Positions 1 to 9,095 of a stretch of DNA of 50,420 nucleotides are shown here, piece after piece. A program made the translations under genes and the position numbers. The stretch is from an uncultured Muribaculaceae bacterium (lineage in GTDB: Bacteria; Bacteroidota; Bacteroidia; Bacteroidales; UBA932): positions 1 to 50,420 of the forward strand of contig CAYSND010000001.1 in assembly GCA_964432305.1 (NCBI GenBank), read 5' to 3'. Under the pieces are notes generated by a model. That model had not been told where the DNA came from and searched no databases. It worked only from the letters and a program-made list of their open reading frames with translations. How positions within the stretch are numbered: the first letter of the stretch is position 1; each line of letters begins with the position of its first letter.

Positions 1-2
1 CT

Positions 3-167
3 CTCGAACTCTACCCATATCTCCCTGAGGCTTACTATAATAGGGGGCTAATCCTAATCTACTTGAAAGATAAAGAGAAGGGGTGTATAGACCTAAGTAA
101 AGCAGGGGAGTTAGGTATCTCCGATGCCTATAGCGTCATTAAGAAGTACTGTAAATCAGAGGAGTAG
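3..167 (+). CDS. C-terminal fragment of a TPR-like repeat protein (5' end outside window)
   Basis: Frame 3 is open from the window edge to TAG at 165-167. The translation ...EAYYNRGLILIYLKDKEKGCIDLSKAGELGISDAYSVIKKYCKSEE resembles a terminal TPR/Sel1-type repeat. It is too short to appear in the ORF track. Confidence 0.4.
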   Translation, partial: LELYPYLPEAYYNRGLILIYLKDKEKGCIDLSKAGELGISDAYSVIKKYCKSEE

Positions 168-174
168 ATTGGTA

Positions 175-1383
175 TTACCTCTGCTTCATTACTGTGGCGA
201 GGCCACCTTCGGAGGTCTCTTTGTAGATGCTTGGGAGGTCGTGGCCGGTCTGTTTCATGGTCTCAACCACGGTGTCGAAACAGACTAAGTGGGTTCCGTC
301 AGACATTATAGCGTATTGGGTAACATCGATGGCTCTTGCTGCGGCAAAGGCGTTACGCTCTATGCACGGTATCTGAACAAGACCACAAACAGGGTCACAT
401 GTTAGCCCCAAGAAGTGTTCTATCCCCATGGATGCAGCATATTCCATCTGCTGGATGGAGCCTCCGAAGAGTTGACAACCGGCGGCAGACGCCATTGAGC
501 AGGCAGAGCCTACCTCACCCTGACACCCTACCTCTGCTCCGGAAATAGAGGCATTGTTCTTTATAAGATTACCGATAAGTCCTGCTGTGGCAAGAGCATA
601 TTGTATTTTTTGATCGGAGAATCCGTGGTTTATAAATTGATTATAAAGGACTGCAGGAACTACTCCGCAAGAGCCACAAGTGGGGGCAGTTACTATGGTT
701 CCACCCGCTGCATTTTCTTCTGCTACTGCGAGTGCAAAAGAAAAGGTGTTCCCTCTTCTCTGCATGGAGCCTTGATAACTCTTTGCCCTTAGATAGTATG
801 AAGAGGCACGTCTTCTAACATAGAGTCCCCCTTTAAGAACCCCCTCGTTTTCAAGTCCTCTTTTAATAGCATCCTGCATTGTCTCCCACACCACCTGCAT
901 ATAATCAAGGACCTCTTTTCCCTCAAATTCCACAACGTACTCCCAAAATGAGAGTCCGTTATTTTTGCAGTACTCCATAATATCCAACATATTATTATGT
1001 GGATAGACATCTGATTTGTCTCTTCTGCCCGTGTCGCTTATATCTCCACCTCCTATACTGAAAGTGGTTTTATCACCAATAATTCGCTTATCGGCATCTA
1101 AAGCCTCGAACTTCATTCCATTAGGGTGCTGAGGTAAAAATTCGCGAGGTTTCCAGATAATCTCTATGTTATTATTTCCGCCCACTTTAGACAACCCTTC
1201 AATAACAGCTTCGTCTGTAAGGTGTCCCTTTCCTGTGGCGGCAAGACTGCCATAAAGGGTGACATTATAAGATACGGCGTTTGGGTATAGCTCTCCAAAC
1301 ATCTGCGCAGCTTTCATCGGAGCCATTGTGTGACTACTCGAAGGTCCTTTCCCGATTTTAAAAATCTCTTTTATAGATTCCAT
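175..1383 (-). CDS. sdaA: L-serine ammonia-lyase (iron-sulfur dependent, single chain)
   Basis: 402 aa with an ATG start. The N-terminus IFKIGKGPSSSHTMAPMKAA and the Cys-containing TAPTCGSCGVVPA segment are typical of the fused alpha/beta L-serine dehydratase. Confidence 0.9.
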   Translation of the reverse strand: MESIKEIFKIGKGPSSSHTMAPMKAAQMFGELYPNAVSYNVTLYGSLAATGKGHLTDEAVIEGLSKVGGNNNIEIIWKPREFLPQHPNGMKFEALDADKRIIGDKTTFSIGGGDISDTGRRDKSDVYPHNNMLDIMEYCKNNGLSFWEYVVEFEGKEVLDYMQVVWETMQDAIKRGLENEGVLKGGLYVRRRASSYYLRAKSYQGSMQRRGNTFSFALAVAEENAAGGTIVTAPTCGSCGVVPAVLYNQFINHGFSDQKIQYALATAGLIGNLIKNNASISGAEVGCQGEVGSACSMASAAGCQLFGGSIQQMEYAASMGIEHFLGLTCDPVCGLVQIPCIERNAFAAARAIDVTQYAIMSDGTHLVCFDTVVETMKQTGHDLPSIYKETSEGGLATVMKQR

Positions 1384-1403
1384 ATCTCTTTAATTGAAAG
1401 CTA

Positions 1404-1411
1404 CAAAGATA
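1404..1411 (-). promoter_or_regulatory. Candidate Bacteroidetes -7 promoter box (TATCTTTG) for sdaA
   Basis: The minus-strand 8-mer TATCTTTG matches the Bacteroides TAnnTTTG consensus. It lies 20 nt upstream of the sdaA ATG. Confidence 0.45.
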
Positions 1412-1446
1412 TGAAAATATACGACATTAAAAATGGTTTGGATAGC

Positions 1447-1890
1447 TTATTTCAATCTTTTCTTCCCCTTCTTGTTATTATAAGAGCGAAGGCGGGTGGC
1501 TGCTATTAGCATAGCCTCATCCCTCCCGATAAAACGGGCTGACATTAAGTTGAGAATAGCTGCCACTATCGGAAATACTGCAATAATGGAATATGACATG
1601 GAGGGGTCTCTCTGGAAAAACAAAACTAGTAGAAGAATCTGATAACCAGCTAATAATAGTGAGTTAAGGATGCAGACCCTTAATTGGAATATCCTTTTTT
1701 TGTAGTAGAAAATAACTGCTACGGAGAGGACAAAGGTTACTAAGTTAAAGAGTAGCAAATCCCATCTCTCAAAACATCTGATATTTGTAACCAAGTTTCC
1801 ATCTGTTATGGAGATAAGTGGAAAAATAAACATTGAGAGGAGAAGCCCTGAGGCTATCGTAAGAAATAATGACTGAATTCTAAAAAACAT
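1447..1890 (-). CDS. DUF4293-like small integral membrane protein
   Basis: 147 aa with four hydrophobic segments. The N-terminus MFFRIQSLFLTIA resembles the Bacteroidetes DUF4293 family. Confidence 0.55.
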   Translation of the reverse strand: MFFRIQSLFLTIASGLLLSMFIFPLISITDGNLVTNIRCFERWDLLLFNLVTFVLSVAVIFYYKKRIFQLRVCILNSLLLAGYQILLLVLFFQRDPSMSYSIIAVFPIVAAILNLMSARFIGRDEAMLIAATRLRSYNNKKGKKRLK

Positions 1891-1912
1891 ATAATATCAT
1901 TTTATGATGTGC

Positions 1913-1920
1913 CAAAAATA
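1913..1920 (-). promoter_or_regulatory. Candidate -7 box (TATTTTTG) for the DUF4293 gene
   Basis: The minus-strand TATTTTTG lies 22 nt upstream of the ATG at 1890. It pairs with the divergent box at 1934-1941. Confidence 0.4.
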
Positions 1921-1933
1921 GAAATTAATTTCG

Positions 1934-1941
1934 TACTTTTG
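1934..1941 (+). promoter_or_regulatory. Candidate -7 box (TACTTTTG) for the nucleoside phosphorylase operon
   Basis: TACTTTTG lies 18 nt upstream of the ATG at 1960. The same 8-mer recurs at 16220 and 35438 ahead of other operons. Confidence 0.45.
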
Positions 1942-1959
1942 AAATTTAACTGAAATATC

Positions 1960-2844
1960 ATGAAACCAATAGCAGAATCAGAATTTATTGTAAATAGTGA
2001 TGGATCCATATTCCATCTCCATATAAAACCGGAAGAACTTGCTGAAACGGTGATTTTAGTGGGTGACCCGGGTAGAGTTGAACTCCTTAAAACTTTCTTT
2101 GAGAGTCAAGAGGTATCAGGTTCCTCTCGTGAATTTAATTTCTTCACCGGGTTATATAAAGGGAAAAGGATGACTGTTCTCTCCACAGGTATCGGGACAG
2201 ACAATATAGATATTGTTATGACAGAGCTTGATGCCCTTGCGAATGTTGATTTTAAAACACGAATGATAAAGGAGGATAAAAAAACCCTTAATATTCTTAG
2301 AATAGGATCATCAGGAGCTATTCAGCCCGATATTCCACTTGGTAGTTATGTCTATTCTGAGGTCTCTGTAGGATTTGACTCACTTTTGAGTTGGTATGCT
2401 GATAGGGATTCCGTGGTTATGAAAGAGATAGAAAAATCGTTTCTCTCTTATATGGATTGGGAAAAATATAAGCTCCCTATTCCATATTTCGTTATGGCAG
2501 ATGAGAAGATAAGCAGCCTCTTTAGAGATTCAGCCATAATGGGGACAACTATCTCTGCTTCTGGTTTTTATGGCCCTCAATGCAGGGTTATAAGATTACC
2601 ACTTGCAATGCCCGATATGTTGGAAAAGCTTGAAAACTTCTCTTTTGAGGGGAGGAGAATGACCAATTATGAGATGGAGAGCTCTGCTATTGCAGGTTTG
2701 GCTGCCAAGCTCGGTCATAAGGCAGGGACTATTTGCTGTATTATAGCTAATAGACATATAGGAGAAAGCAATCCTAATTATCATAATGATATGAAAGGTC
2801 TTATAAAATTATCTCTTGATAAATTACACTCCATAACCAAATAG
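1960..2844 (+). CDS. Nucleoside phosphorylase family protein (PNP/UDP type-1 fold, uridine phosphorylase-like)
   Basis: 294 aa. Contains VILVGDPGRV, LSTGIGTDNIDI and a MESSAIAGLA-type C-terminal motif typical of PNP_UDP_1 phosphorylases. Confidence 0.7.
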   Translation: MKPIAESEFIVNSDGSIFHLHIKPEELAETVILVGDPGRVELLKTFFESQEVSGSSREFNFFTGLYKGKRMTVLSTGIGTDNIDIVMTELDALANVDFKTRMIKEDKKTLNILRIGSSGAIQPDIPLGSYVYSEVSVGFDSLLSWYADRDSVVMKEIEKSFLSYMDWEKYKLPIPYFVMADEKISSLFRDSAIMGTTISASGFYGPQCRVIRLPLAMPDMLEKLENFSFEGRRMTNYEMESSAIAGLAAKLGHKAGTICCIIANRHIGESNPNYHNDMKGLIKLSLDKLHSITK

Positions 2845-2851
2845 TTTTCCT

Positions 2852-3733
2852 ATGGTCATAGATGCCGAATTAAAATCTTTGGTAGCTCTCTTTGATGATA
2901 CAGATGACGAGGTTATTTCTGCGGTAAACGATAAGATGCTCGACAGAGGATCAACTGTTCTTCAAGAGCTCTACTATCTTTATGAAAATGAGAGCTCTCA
3001 AAAAACAAAAGAGGCGATAGCAGATAGGATTCTCTTTCTTACCAATGAGTTTATTATTGAAGAGTTGGAAGAGATTGCACTCTATGCTGAAGGTGGGGGT
3101 GAGTTTGACCTATGGCAAGGTCTCTACTTGGTATCTAAACTTTTGTCTCCCGATATTACTCGCTCATACTTTGAGAATCGGCTCTTTTCTATGATAGAAG
3201 AGTTAAGTTCCGAAATAACTGAAGAGAAGACTCCCGTTGAAAAGGTGGAGATATTCAATCACCTTTTTTTCCATAGGTTTCTCTTTAAGCTGAAAGAATA
3301 CCCATTGAATCAAGAGAGTACCTCTGTTTTTATCTCTGTTTTAGATTCCCGCAAAGGGAACCCTATCACAGTCTCCATAATCTATTTACTTCTTGCAAGG
3401 TCTATAGGACTCGATATCTATCCACTCTGTTTTCAAGGGGGGATGATTCCCTCTTTCGTTCAAGATGGCGAAGTCCTCTTTTATATGAATATGTCTAATA
3501 GAGGAGAGATTTTTTTAGAAAACAAATTAAAAGAGTCATTGAAGCAACAGGGGTTGAAAATGGATGAGCTTTTTTTGGATGTCAGAGGGGATGAAATATT
3601 GGTGATTACCTATTTAGAGCTCCTTTTAATGGTCTATTCATCACAAGGGGATAATGTAAAAGTGGAACTAATTAATAGAGCACTTGACTCTATTAGTGAC
3701 GAGAGATTTCTTGAAATTAATGATGATGAGTAA
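2852..3733 (+). CDS. Transglutaminase-like / SirB1-like (UPF0162-type) protein
   Basis: 293 aa. The segment SRKGNPITVSIIYLLLARSIGLDIYPLCFQGGMIP matches the RRGNPISL..LY..LA..LGL pattern of SirB1 N-terminal/transglutaminase-like proteins. Starts 7 nt after the upstream gene, so probably co-transcribed. Confidence 0.5.
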   Translation: MVIDAELKSLVALFDDTDDEVISAVNDKMLDRGSTVLQELYYLYENESSQKTKEAIADRILFLTNEFIIEELEEIALYAEGGGEFDLWQGLYLVSKLLSPDITRSYFENRLFSMIEELSSEITEEKTPVEKVEIFNHLFFHRFLFKLKEYPLNQESTSVFISVLDSRKGNPITVSIIYLLLARSIGLDIYPLCFQGGMIPSFVQDGEVLFYMNMSNRGEIFLENKLKESLKQQGLKMDELFLDVRGDEILVITYLELLLMVYSSQGDNVKVELINRALDSISDERFLEINDDE

Positions 3734-3739
3734 AAAGAG

Positions 3740-3812
3740 AGCGGAAAACGAGGTTCGAACTCGCGACCTTCGGCTTGGGAAGCCGACGCTCTACCAACTG
3801 AGCTACTTCCGC
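3740..3812 (-). tRNA. tRNA-Gly (anticodon CCC)
   Basis: Reverse complement is GCGGAAGTAGCTCAGTTGGTAGAGCGTCGGCTTCCCAAGCCGAAGGTCGCGAGTTCGAACCTCGTTTTCCGCT. It folds as a cloverleaf with a 7-bp acceptor stem, GCTC/GAGC D stem and TCGGC/GCCGA anticodon stem. The anticodon loop is TTCCCAA, followed by a T arm with a TTCGAAC loop and discriminator U. No CCA is encoded. Confidence 0.9.
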
Positions 3813-3831
3813 GTTTTAAGTAAACGGACTG

Positions 3832-3839
3832 CAAATATA
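3832..3839 (-). promoter_or_regulatory. Candidate -7 box (TATATTTG) for tRNA-Gly
   Basis: The minus-strand TATATTTG has 19 nt between its end and the mature tRNA 5' end at 3812. It overlaps the first base of the divergent permease start codon (3839-3841). Confidence 0.35.
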
Positions 3840-5050
3840 TGAATTTAAATTTATTTATTGCCAAAAAAATTGGAGGAAAGGATACAATTGCTACTGCAGC
3901 GGTAGCTATTAGTATTCTTGTTATGGTGGTGGCAATAGCAATATCCGAGGGATTCAAAAAGGAGATAAGGTATAAAGCAGTAGGTTTTTCAGGGGAGATA
4001 CTCTTTACGGCTCCAGGGCAGGATATTACAAATGATAGATATCCTATAAATAGGAAACTCTCATATATAGAGGATATTAAAACAATAAAAGAGGTAGCTT
4101 CCGTCAATGGAGTTGCCTATAAGCCGGGAATGTTGAGAACCAACGAGAATGTCCAAGGGGTCCTCTTTAAGGGGGTCGATTCACTCTATAATATGGATTT
4201 TTTTCAAAAGCATTTAATACAAGGAGTGTTGCCAAACTTTTCAGGGAGCAAGTCGAGTCAGGAGGTGCTTATTTCGGAGAGACTTGCTAAAATGCTTGGA
4301 TATAAGGTGGGAGATAATCTGATTGCTTATTTTGTAGATAGTAAAGTGAAGGTCAGAACATTTAAAATTACCGGACTCTATGGAGTTCAGCTCGAAGAGA
4401 TTGATAAAATGTTAATGGTAGCTGATTTGAGAGTGATTCAGAGACTTAGTGGCTGGGGAGAAGATGAGGTATCAGGGTTAGAAGTAGCCCTAAAGCAGGG
4501 TGCATATAATAAAAAGATAGTGGAGAGAATAGATAATATTATTCTTGAAAAGAGTAAAGACGATGAGAGTTCTGTGGTAGTAAAGGAGATAAGAGATATT
4601 TACCCCCACCTTTTTGATTGGCTCGACCTGCTCGACTTAAATGTTTTAGTGATTCTTATCTTAATGACCGTGGTAGCCGGTTTTAATATGATTTCAGGGT
4701 TATTGATTATACTTTTTGAGAGAATTTCCATGATAGGTGTGCTTAAAGCTCTAGGGATGAGAAACTCTGCAATAGGAAAAATATTCTTATCAAGAGCCTC
4801 TTTTATAGTAATTAAGGGGCTTCTGATAGGGAATATTATAGCTCTTTTAATTTGTGGGGTTCAGGATAAATTCAAACTCTTTAAATTAAATCCTGTTAAC
4901 TATTTTGTGGATTATCTTCCGGTAAATCTCGATTTTACAACACTGATTATCCTTAATATTGTCTGCTTTGTGGTAATGATGTTACTGATGTTAATCCCCT
5001 CACTATTTATAGCGAGAGTCTCTCCTGAGAAGACAATAAAAATGGATTAA
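3839..5050 (+). CDS. FtsX-like ABC transporter permease (LolC/LolE-type)
   Basis: 403 aa. It has an N-terminal TM segment, a large MacB-like periplasmic domain, then three C-terminal TM helices with the FtsX-type segment LKALGMRNSAIGKIF. Confidence 0.8.
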   Translation: MNLNLFIAKKIGGKDTIATAAVAISILVMVVAIAISEGFKKEIRYKAVGFSGEILFTAPGQDITNDRYPINRKLSYIEDIKTIKEVASVNGVAYKPGMLRTNENVQGVLFKGVDSLYNMDFFQKHLIQGVLPNFSGSKSSQEVLISERLAKMLGYKVGDNLIAYFVDSKVKVRTFKITGLYGVQLEEIDKMLMVADLRVIQRLSGWGEDEVSGLEVALKQGAYNKKIVERIDNIILEKSKDDESSVVVKEIRDIYPHLFDWLDLLDLNVLVILILMTVVAGFNMISGLLIILFERISMIGVLKALGMRNSAIGKIFLSRASFIVIKGLLIGNIIALLICGVQDKFKLFKLNPVNYFVDYLPVNLDFTTLIILNIVCFVVMMLLMLIPSLFIARVSPEKTIKMD

Positions 5051-6114
5051 TGTTTTATTACTAAGAGATACTCGTCATATTTGGAGAGAACTTCATCCAC
5101 ATATTTTATGGTTTCGGTTCCATTAAATTTCCCACATTTAATGATATTCGAATTATAGTATGTGCTCTCTTTCATTAATGGAATAATGGCAGCAACTGAC
5201 TCCCAATCTCTATGGTTTTTGCCAAGTGAAACTGCAAAATTAAGACAATCCTCCATTCTCCCTTCCCCCGCATTATATGCTGCTAATGTGAATTTTACTA
5301 TGTTAGCTGAATCCATCCCCTCTGCAAGGAAAATCTTTTGTAGGTATTTAAGGTGTAAAACTCCTGCTTTGATATTGTTGTCCGGGTTAAAGACATCGCT
5401 TACTCCATAATGTTCTGCCGTGGACTCTTTAATCTGCATAAGTCCAACTGCTCCTCTTGGAGATTGTGCCCCCATAGAGAAGTTTGACTCTTTATGGATA
5501 AGTGCTGCAAGTAGCCTCCAATCCCACCCTAATAGGGTACTATGCCTCTTTATAAGGAGATCGTAGGGGGAGATAACATCTGTCTTAGTACTATTCTCTA
5601 AGTTCTTTTTAGTTTTATATGATCTAAAGAAACGCTTTGAGAGTGTCTCATATTCCCCTTTCTGCATATAATGTGAGAGCCACAAATTAATATTCCGGAG
5701 GAGTTTTTTATCAGTATCTCTCACCACCCAGACGGATGTCTGGTTAATGGGGATACTCTCTTTAACATCATCAGCATATTTCGCAGGTATAGAGTCATTT
5801 ACATTGTCTATAACCAAAACATCTATCTCTTTATTTATAAGCATCTCCCAATAGTTTTCGTCTGAAAACGGAGGGTCAATGGAGATTATGCACCCTTGGC
5901 ACTCTGCATATTGCCCAAGAAGAGTGTAGTTGAACCCGATTGGGTCCCCTTTTTGAGTAAACATTTTCGGGTTAATTCCTATTCCTGCATTTAAAGTATC
6001 ATTGTCAAGGAAAAATCTTCTGCCTGTTTCTGTTCTAGGGCATTGTCTTAAGACAAGAAATGCAATAGTTGTAATTGAGAGTGCGATAAGTATCTTTGTT
6101 TTTCGTCCCATCAT
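5047..6114 (-). CDS. MltF-like lytic murein transglycosylase (solute-binding-like domain + SLT domain)
   Basis: The SLT catalytic motif LLAALIHKESNFSMGAQSPRGAVGLMQI...AYNAG sits in the C-terminal half. The track start at 6138 is a TTG. I prefer the ATG at 6112-6114 (MMGRKTKILIALS..., signal/anchor-like), which sits 2 nt after the upstream gene's stop. Confidence 0.8.
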   Translation of the reverse strand: MMGRKTKILIALSITTIAFLVLRQCPRTETGRRFFLDNDTLNAGIGINPKMFTQKGDPIGFNYTLLGQYAECQGCIISIDPPFSDENYWEMLINKEIDVLVIDNVNDSIPAKYADDVKESIPINQTSVWVVRDTDKKLLRNINLWLSHYMQKGEYETLSKRFFRSYKTKKNLENSTKTDVISPYDLLIKRHSTLLGWDWRLLAALIHKESNFSMGAQSPRGAVGLMQIKESTAEHYGVSDVFNPDNNIKAGVLHLKYLQKIFLAEGMDSANIVKFTLAAYNAGEGRMEDCLNFAVSLGKNHRDWESVAAIIPLMKESTYYNSNIIKCGKFNGTETIKYVDEVLSKYDEYLLVIKH

Positions 6115-6116
6115 TT

Positions 6117-8231
6117 TTAATGTACATAAAATGGCCAATGAATACCGAACTTAAATCCTCGTTGAGGTCTGATATATCGATATGCAGAGAAGTAATCTCC
6201 GTTGGGCCAACCAAGTGTAGCGTTAGTATATTTAACAAATATTGAAGCCCTCTTCCATTGAATGTTTGCAAAGACATCTATGTAGGGGGAGTTGCCGAGT
6301 TTCTCTCTCTCCTGAAGGTGAAATACTCCAAGAGCGGGATTATAGGCAGGTGCAAAGTAAAGTGTATTAAAAGTGGCAGAGGCACCTAACTGCATAGTCA
6401 TTACTCCTTTAACCACAGGGAATTCTAAATAATACCTTAGATTTAGAGAAAGTAGTGGTAGTTGCAATACTGTAGGTTTTGATGATACTTGAAAAAGTGC
6501 TTGATGATCAAAATGTAACATCCACACCTTGAAGTCCTTTTTCAAATAGGCACTCATGACATTTATAATATCCTGGTCTTGACGGATTACTGCCGTAGTA
6601 TCATAGTAGGTATATCCGCTGATAAGGGAATAACCAAAGAATGCTGATGTTTTCCAATGTGGAATAGAGAGATTCCCTTCGATAGAAGTTTTAGAAACTT
6701 TATCAAAATTGTTATTCCAAGCATAATGATTTGAGAAGTAATTGTTATCGTACCAGTCAGGTCGCTCAAGTGAGGTATTAAAAGCAGCAGTTAGATAGAT
6801 CCCTTCTTTAGACTTTTTAAAAGGGTAAAGAGCAAATGTGGCTTTTGCCTTTAGAAGGAAATCATTCTGATAGTACCCTGAGTATTGGTATTTACCAAAG
6901 GCATCCCATGAAAAATATTTTTTTAACTGTCCGGATGCCCCTGCGTATATATATAGATTATTTAAATTTTTATTTTTATTTCCGGTCAGGTATGAGGAGA
7001 GTGCAAAGTTGTAGTAGGAGAGGAGTTGGTAACCTAGTCCCCCCTCTATTTTAGAGATAATGGCATCACTTGCCCAAGGTTGGAGCCTTATAAATACTCT
7101 ATTGTCAAAGTTTGTCATCTGAATGGAGTCTGCACTTGAAATAGGATTGATATAGAAGACGTTATTATAAAAATCCCTTGCAGATTTATCGTTAGGGGCT
7201 ATCTTGTCTGTATAATATTTGGAGTATGTGGAGTATTCACCATAATGACCTATAAAGGCAACAGTCCCTTCTCCTATTGCAAGAGTGTCTTTTTTTCTAA
7301 AGAAATTGAAAGGAATGCTGTACGAATGGTTTATAAAAAAGGTGTTTCTCGATAACTTATTATGCGCTTCTGTAAGCCTTGTAGAGATGGTTTTAGCATC
7401 CACTATGGTGTCAGTGATTTCTTTAGGGTTTGAGACCCCTCCGTTTTCACCCCTCTTTACACTATTGCGAATAAACCCTCCGTGCATTATATACCTCTCA
7501 CCTAAGTTATTGAAAGTTAGCGAAGTCGTACGATTATCTGTGATTTCGTTTAGAAGAAGCCCCTTTGCCCCATACTTTTGGTAAAGAAAGCTGAAATTAA
7601 ATGAGGGGGTAATATTTTGGGTGTGGAGAAATTTAATACTTGCCTCCTCCTTATCTTTATAAGCAAATAGTGTCCCCCAATATGCGAGTTCTGTATATGC
7701 ACTTTTGGTGTTGTAGAATGGCATGTTCTCAGGTGTATATGAGTATGTCATATATGGGGCAAAAAATGAAAAATGCTCACTCTCTCTCCTCTTAAAATAG
7801 TTGTGGTTTTGAGTGGCGGAGCCGACTATACCGAGATAATCGGCATTAACATCCTCTTTGAGGAAAGGGTACTCCGTAAACCATGAATTAGCAGTGGTAT
7901 CCAGCTCTTTAAAAGAGATTTTATTGAAATGTTTATCACTGTTCCAAACGAGTATTCTTTTGTATCGAATCGAATCGGGTATGATGTAAGATTTAAGAAT
8001 ACGTGGTGTTGCTATGCGAATACTGTCATTATGTGCGCGAATGCTATCTCGCTCCATTCTTTTCCGCTCCTTTTCGGTAATAACTTTTTTAGGTATAGAA
8101 TCAGAATGAACAGTTGTTGTAGTATCACGAACTTTAAGGGTGTCAGGTGGCTCCTGAGCATGCAACAATCCAATCCGTGTAAAACAGATAAGGCTGATAA
8201 TCAATACTATCCTAAATAAATTATTTTGCAT
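6117..8231 (-). CDS. Putative outer-membrane beta-barrel 'putative porin' family protein
   Basis: About 704 aa from the ATG at 8229-8231 (the track start at 8240 is TTG). Has a signal peptide ...GLLHAQE, aromatic-rich alternating beta-strand-like sequence and a C-terminal ...FGIHWPFYVH. Resembles the Bacteroidetes 'putative porin' family. Confidence 0.5.
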   Translation of the reverse strand: MQNNLFRIVLIISLICFTRIGLLHAQEPPDTLKVRDTTTTVHSDSIPKKVITEKERKRMERDSIRAHNDSIRIATPRILKSYIIPDSIRYKRILVWNSDKHFNKISFKELDTTANSWFTEYPFLKEDVNADYLGIVGSATQNHNYFKRRESEHFSFFAPYMTYSYTPENMPFYNTKSAYTELAYWGTLFAYKDKEEASIKFLHTQNITPSFNFSFLYQKYGAKGLLLNEITDNRTTSLTFNNLGERYIMHGGFIRNSVKRGENGGVSNPKEITDTIVDAKTISTRLTEAHNKLSRNTFFINHSYSIPFNFFRKKDTLAIGEGTVAFIGHYGEYSTYSKYYTDKIAPNDKSARDFYNNVFYINPISSADSIQMTNFDNRVFIRLQPWASDAIISKIEGGLGYQLLSYYNFALSSYLTGNKNKNLNNLYIYAGASGQLKKYFSWDAFGKYQYSGYYQNDFLLKAKATFALYPFKKSKEGIYLTAAFNTSLERPDWYDNNYFSNHYAWNNNFDKVSKTSIEGNLSIPHWKTSAFFGYSLISGYTYYDTTAVIRQDQDIINVMSAYLKKDFKVWMLHFDHQALFQVSSKPTVLQLPLLSLNLRYYLEFPVVKGVMTMQLGASATFNTLYFAPAYNPALGVFHLQEREKLGNSPYIDVFANIQWKRASIFVKYTNATLGWPNGDYFSAYRYIRPQRGFKFGIHWPFYVH

Positions 8232-8280
8232 AGCCCGCAAAGGTACAAAAATTATGCAAAACTATAATTTAATAGAGGGT

Positions 8281-9042
8281 TTATATACCAGCTACCCTCT
8301 CTTTGTAAACGGCGATACACTCGTCAAGTCTCTGGTGAGCTGTGGTATCTCCGGGGATATTATGCGAGGGGTGAATGTAGAGTTTCACACCTCTTTCCGC
8401 TAAAATCTCAGCTACAGTGGTTACTGTCATCCAAACCAATGTAATAAATGCCATGGTGGAGACCGGACCAACTTTGTCCTGATGATTTTTTAATGTAACC
8501 GATGCGTCAACTAGGGGGGCGCATGAGTCAACAACCAAATCTGCGATTTCAAATAGTGTTTTTCCGCAAGAGTGTCTTGTCTTCTTTCCTTCTGTCTCTT
8601 TAGCAGAGCCGAAAACAATAACTTTCATCCCTAACTCTTTTGCTTTTAGGGCAATATCTATGTTCACATTATTTATACCGGTGTGCGAGAAAATCCACAT
8701 AGTATCTCTCTTATCAAAGTTATATGACTGCATAATAGCATTGCCATACCCTTCTGCCCTCTCAAGGAAGAGAAATTGATGAATTCCCATCTCTCCGGTA
8801 ATTCTAGTGAAAAATGTTAGAGGGAGTTCGCATAATGGGTGGAACCCTACAAATCCACCAATGCGAGGGTACATCTCTTCAACAGGGATAGTGGCGTGTC
8901 CACAACCGAATGTGTGTACCCATCTTTTTTGTTCAATACTATCCGCCATAATTTCAGCGGCTTTCTTAATATTTTCAATCTGTGTCTTTTCTATGTTTGC
9001 CATCACAGCTCTGGCATTGTTTAACCACTCTATTGCTAACAT
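8281..9042 (-). CDS. SIS (sugar isomerase) domain protein, UPF0309-like
   Basis: 253 aa. The segment VHTFGCGHATIPVEEMYPRIGGF matches the UPF0309/SIS pattern (..FG.GHS......F.RAGG). Confidence 0.65.
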   Translation of the reverse strand: MLAIEWLNNARAVMANIEKTQIENIKKAAEIMADSIEQKRWVHTFGCGHATIPVEEMYPRIGGFVGFHPLCELPLTFFTRITGEMGIHQFLFLERAEGYGNAIMQSYNFDKRDTMWIFSHTGINNVNIDIALKAKELGMKVIVFGSAKETEGKKTRHSCGKTLFEIADLVVDSCAPLVDASVTLKNHQDKVGPVSTMAFITLVWMTVTTVAEILAERGVKLYIHPSHNIPGDTTAHQRLDECIAVYKERVAGI

Positions 9043-9068
9043 TTTTTGAATATTGAATATTTTTATGA

Positions 9069-9076
9069 CAAAAATA
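9069..9076 (-). promoter_or_regulatory. Candidate -7 box (TATTTTTG) for the SIS gene
   Basis: The minus-strand TATTTTTG lies 26 nt upstream of the ATG at 9042, inside the 53-nt gap after the MFS gene. Confidence 0.4.
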
Positions 9077-9095
9077 ATACTTTTTTGCTAAAAAA

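Noticed and set aside
3634-4107. 157-aa minus-strand ORF spanning the tRNA-Gly gene and the ends of two plus-strand genes
   Set aside because: It reads straight through a well-folded tRNA and lies antisense to two well-supported CDSs, with low-complexity translation. This is a spurious ORF-track artefact. The same applies to the other short antisense ORFs inside the large glycosidase genes (for example 30535-30996, 22096-22506, 15467-15793).
5047-5050. Convergent permease and MltF-like genes sharing overlapping stop codons (TTAA)
   Set aside because: The overlap is real but trivial genome compaction. There is no room for, and no evidence of, a regulatory element.
6115-6138. Track start codons at 6138 (MltF-like) and 8240 (porin) that would create gene overlaps
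   Set aside because: Both are TTG codons. In-frame ATGs at 6112-6114 and 8229-8231 give sensible signal-peptide N-termini and remove the overlap with the upstream gene or promoter box.
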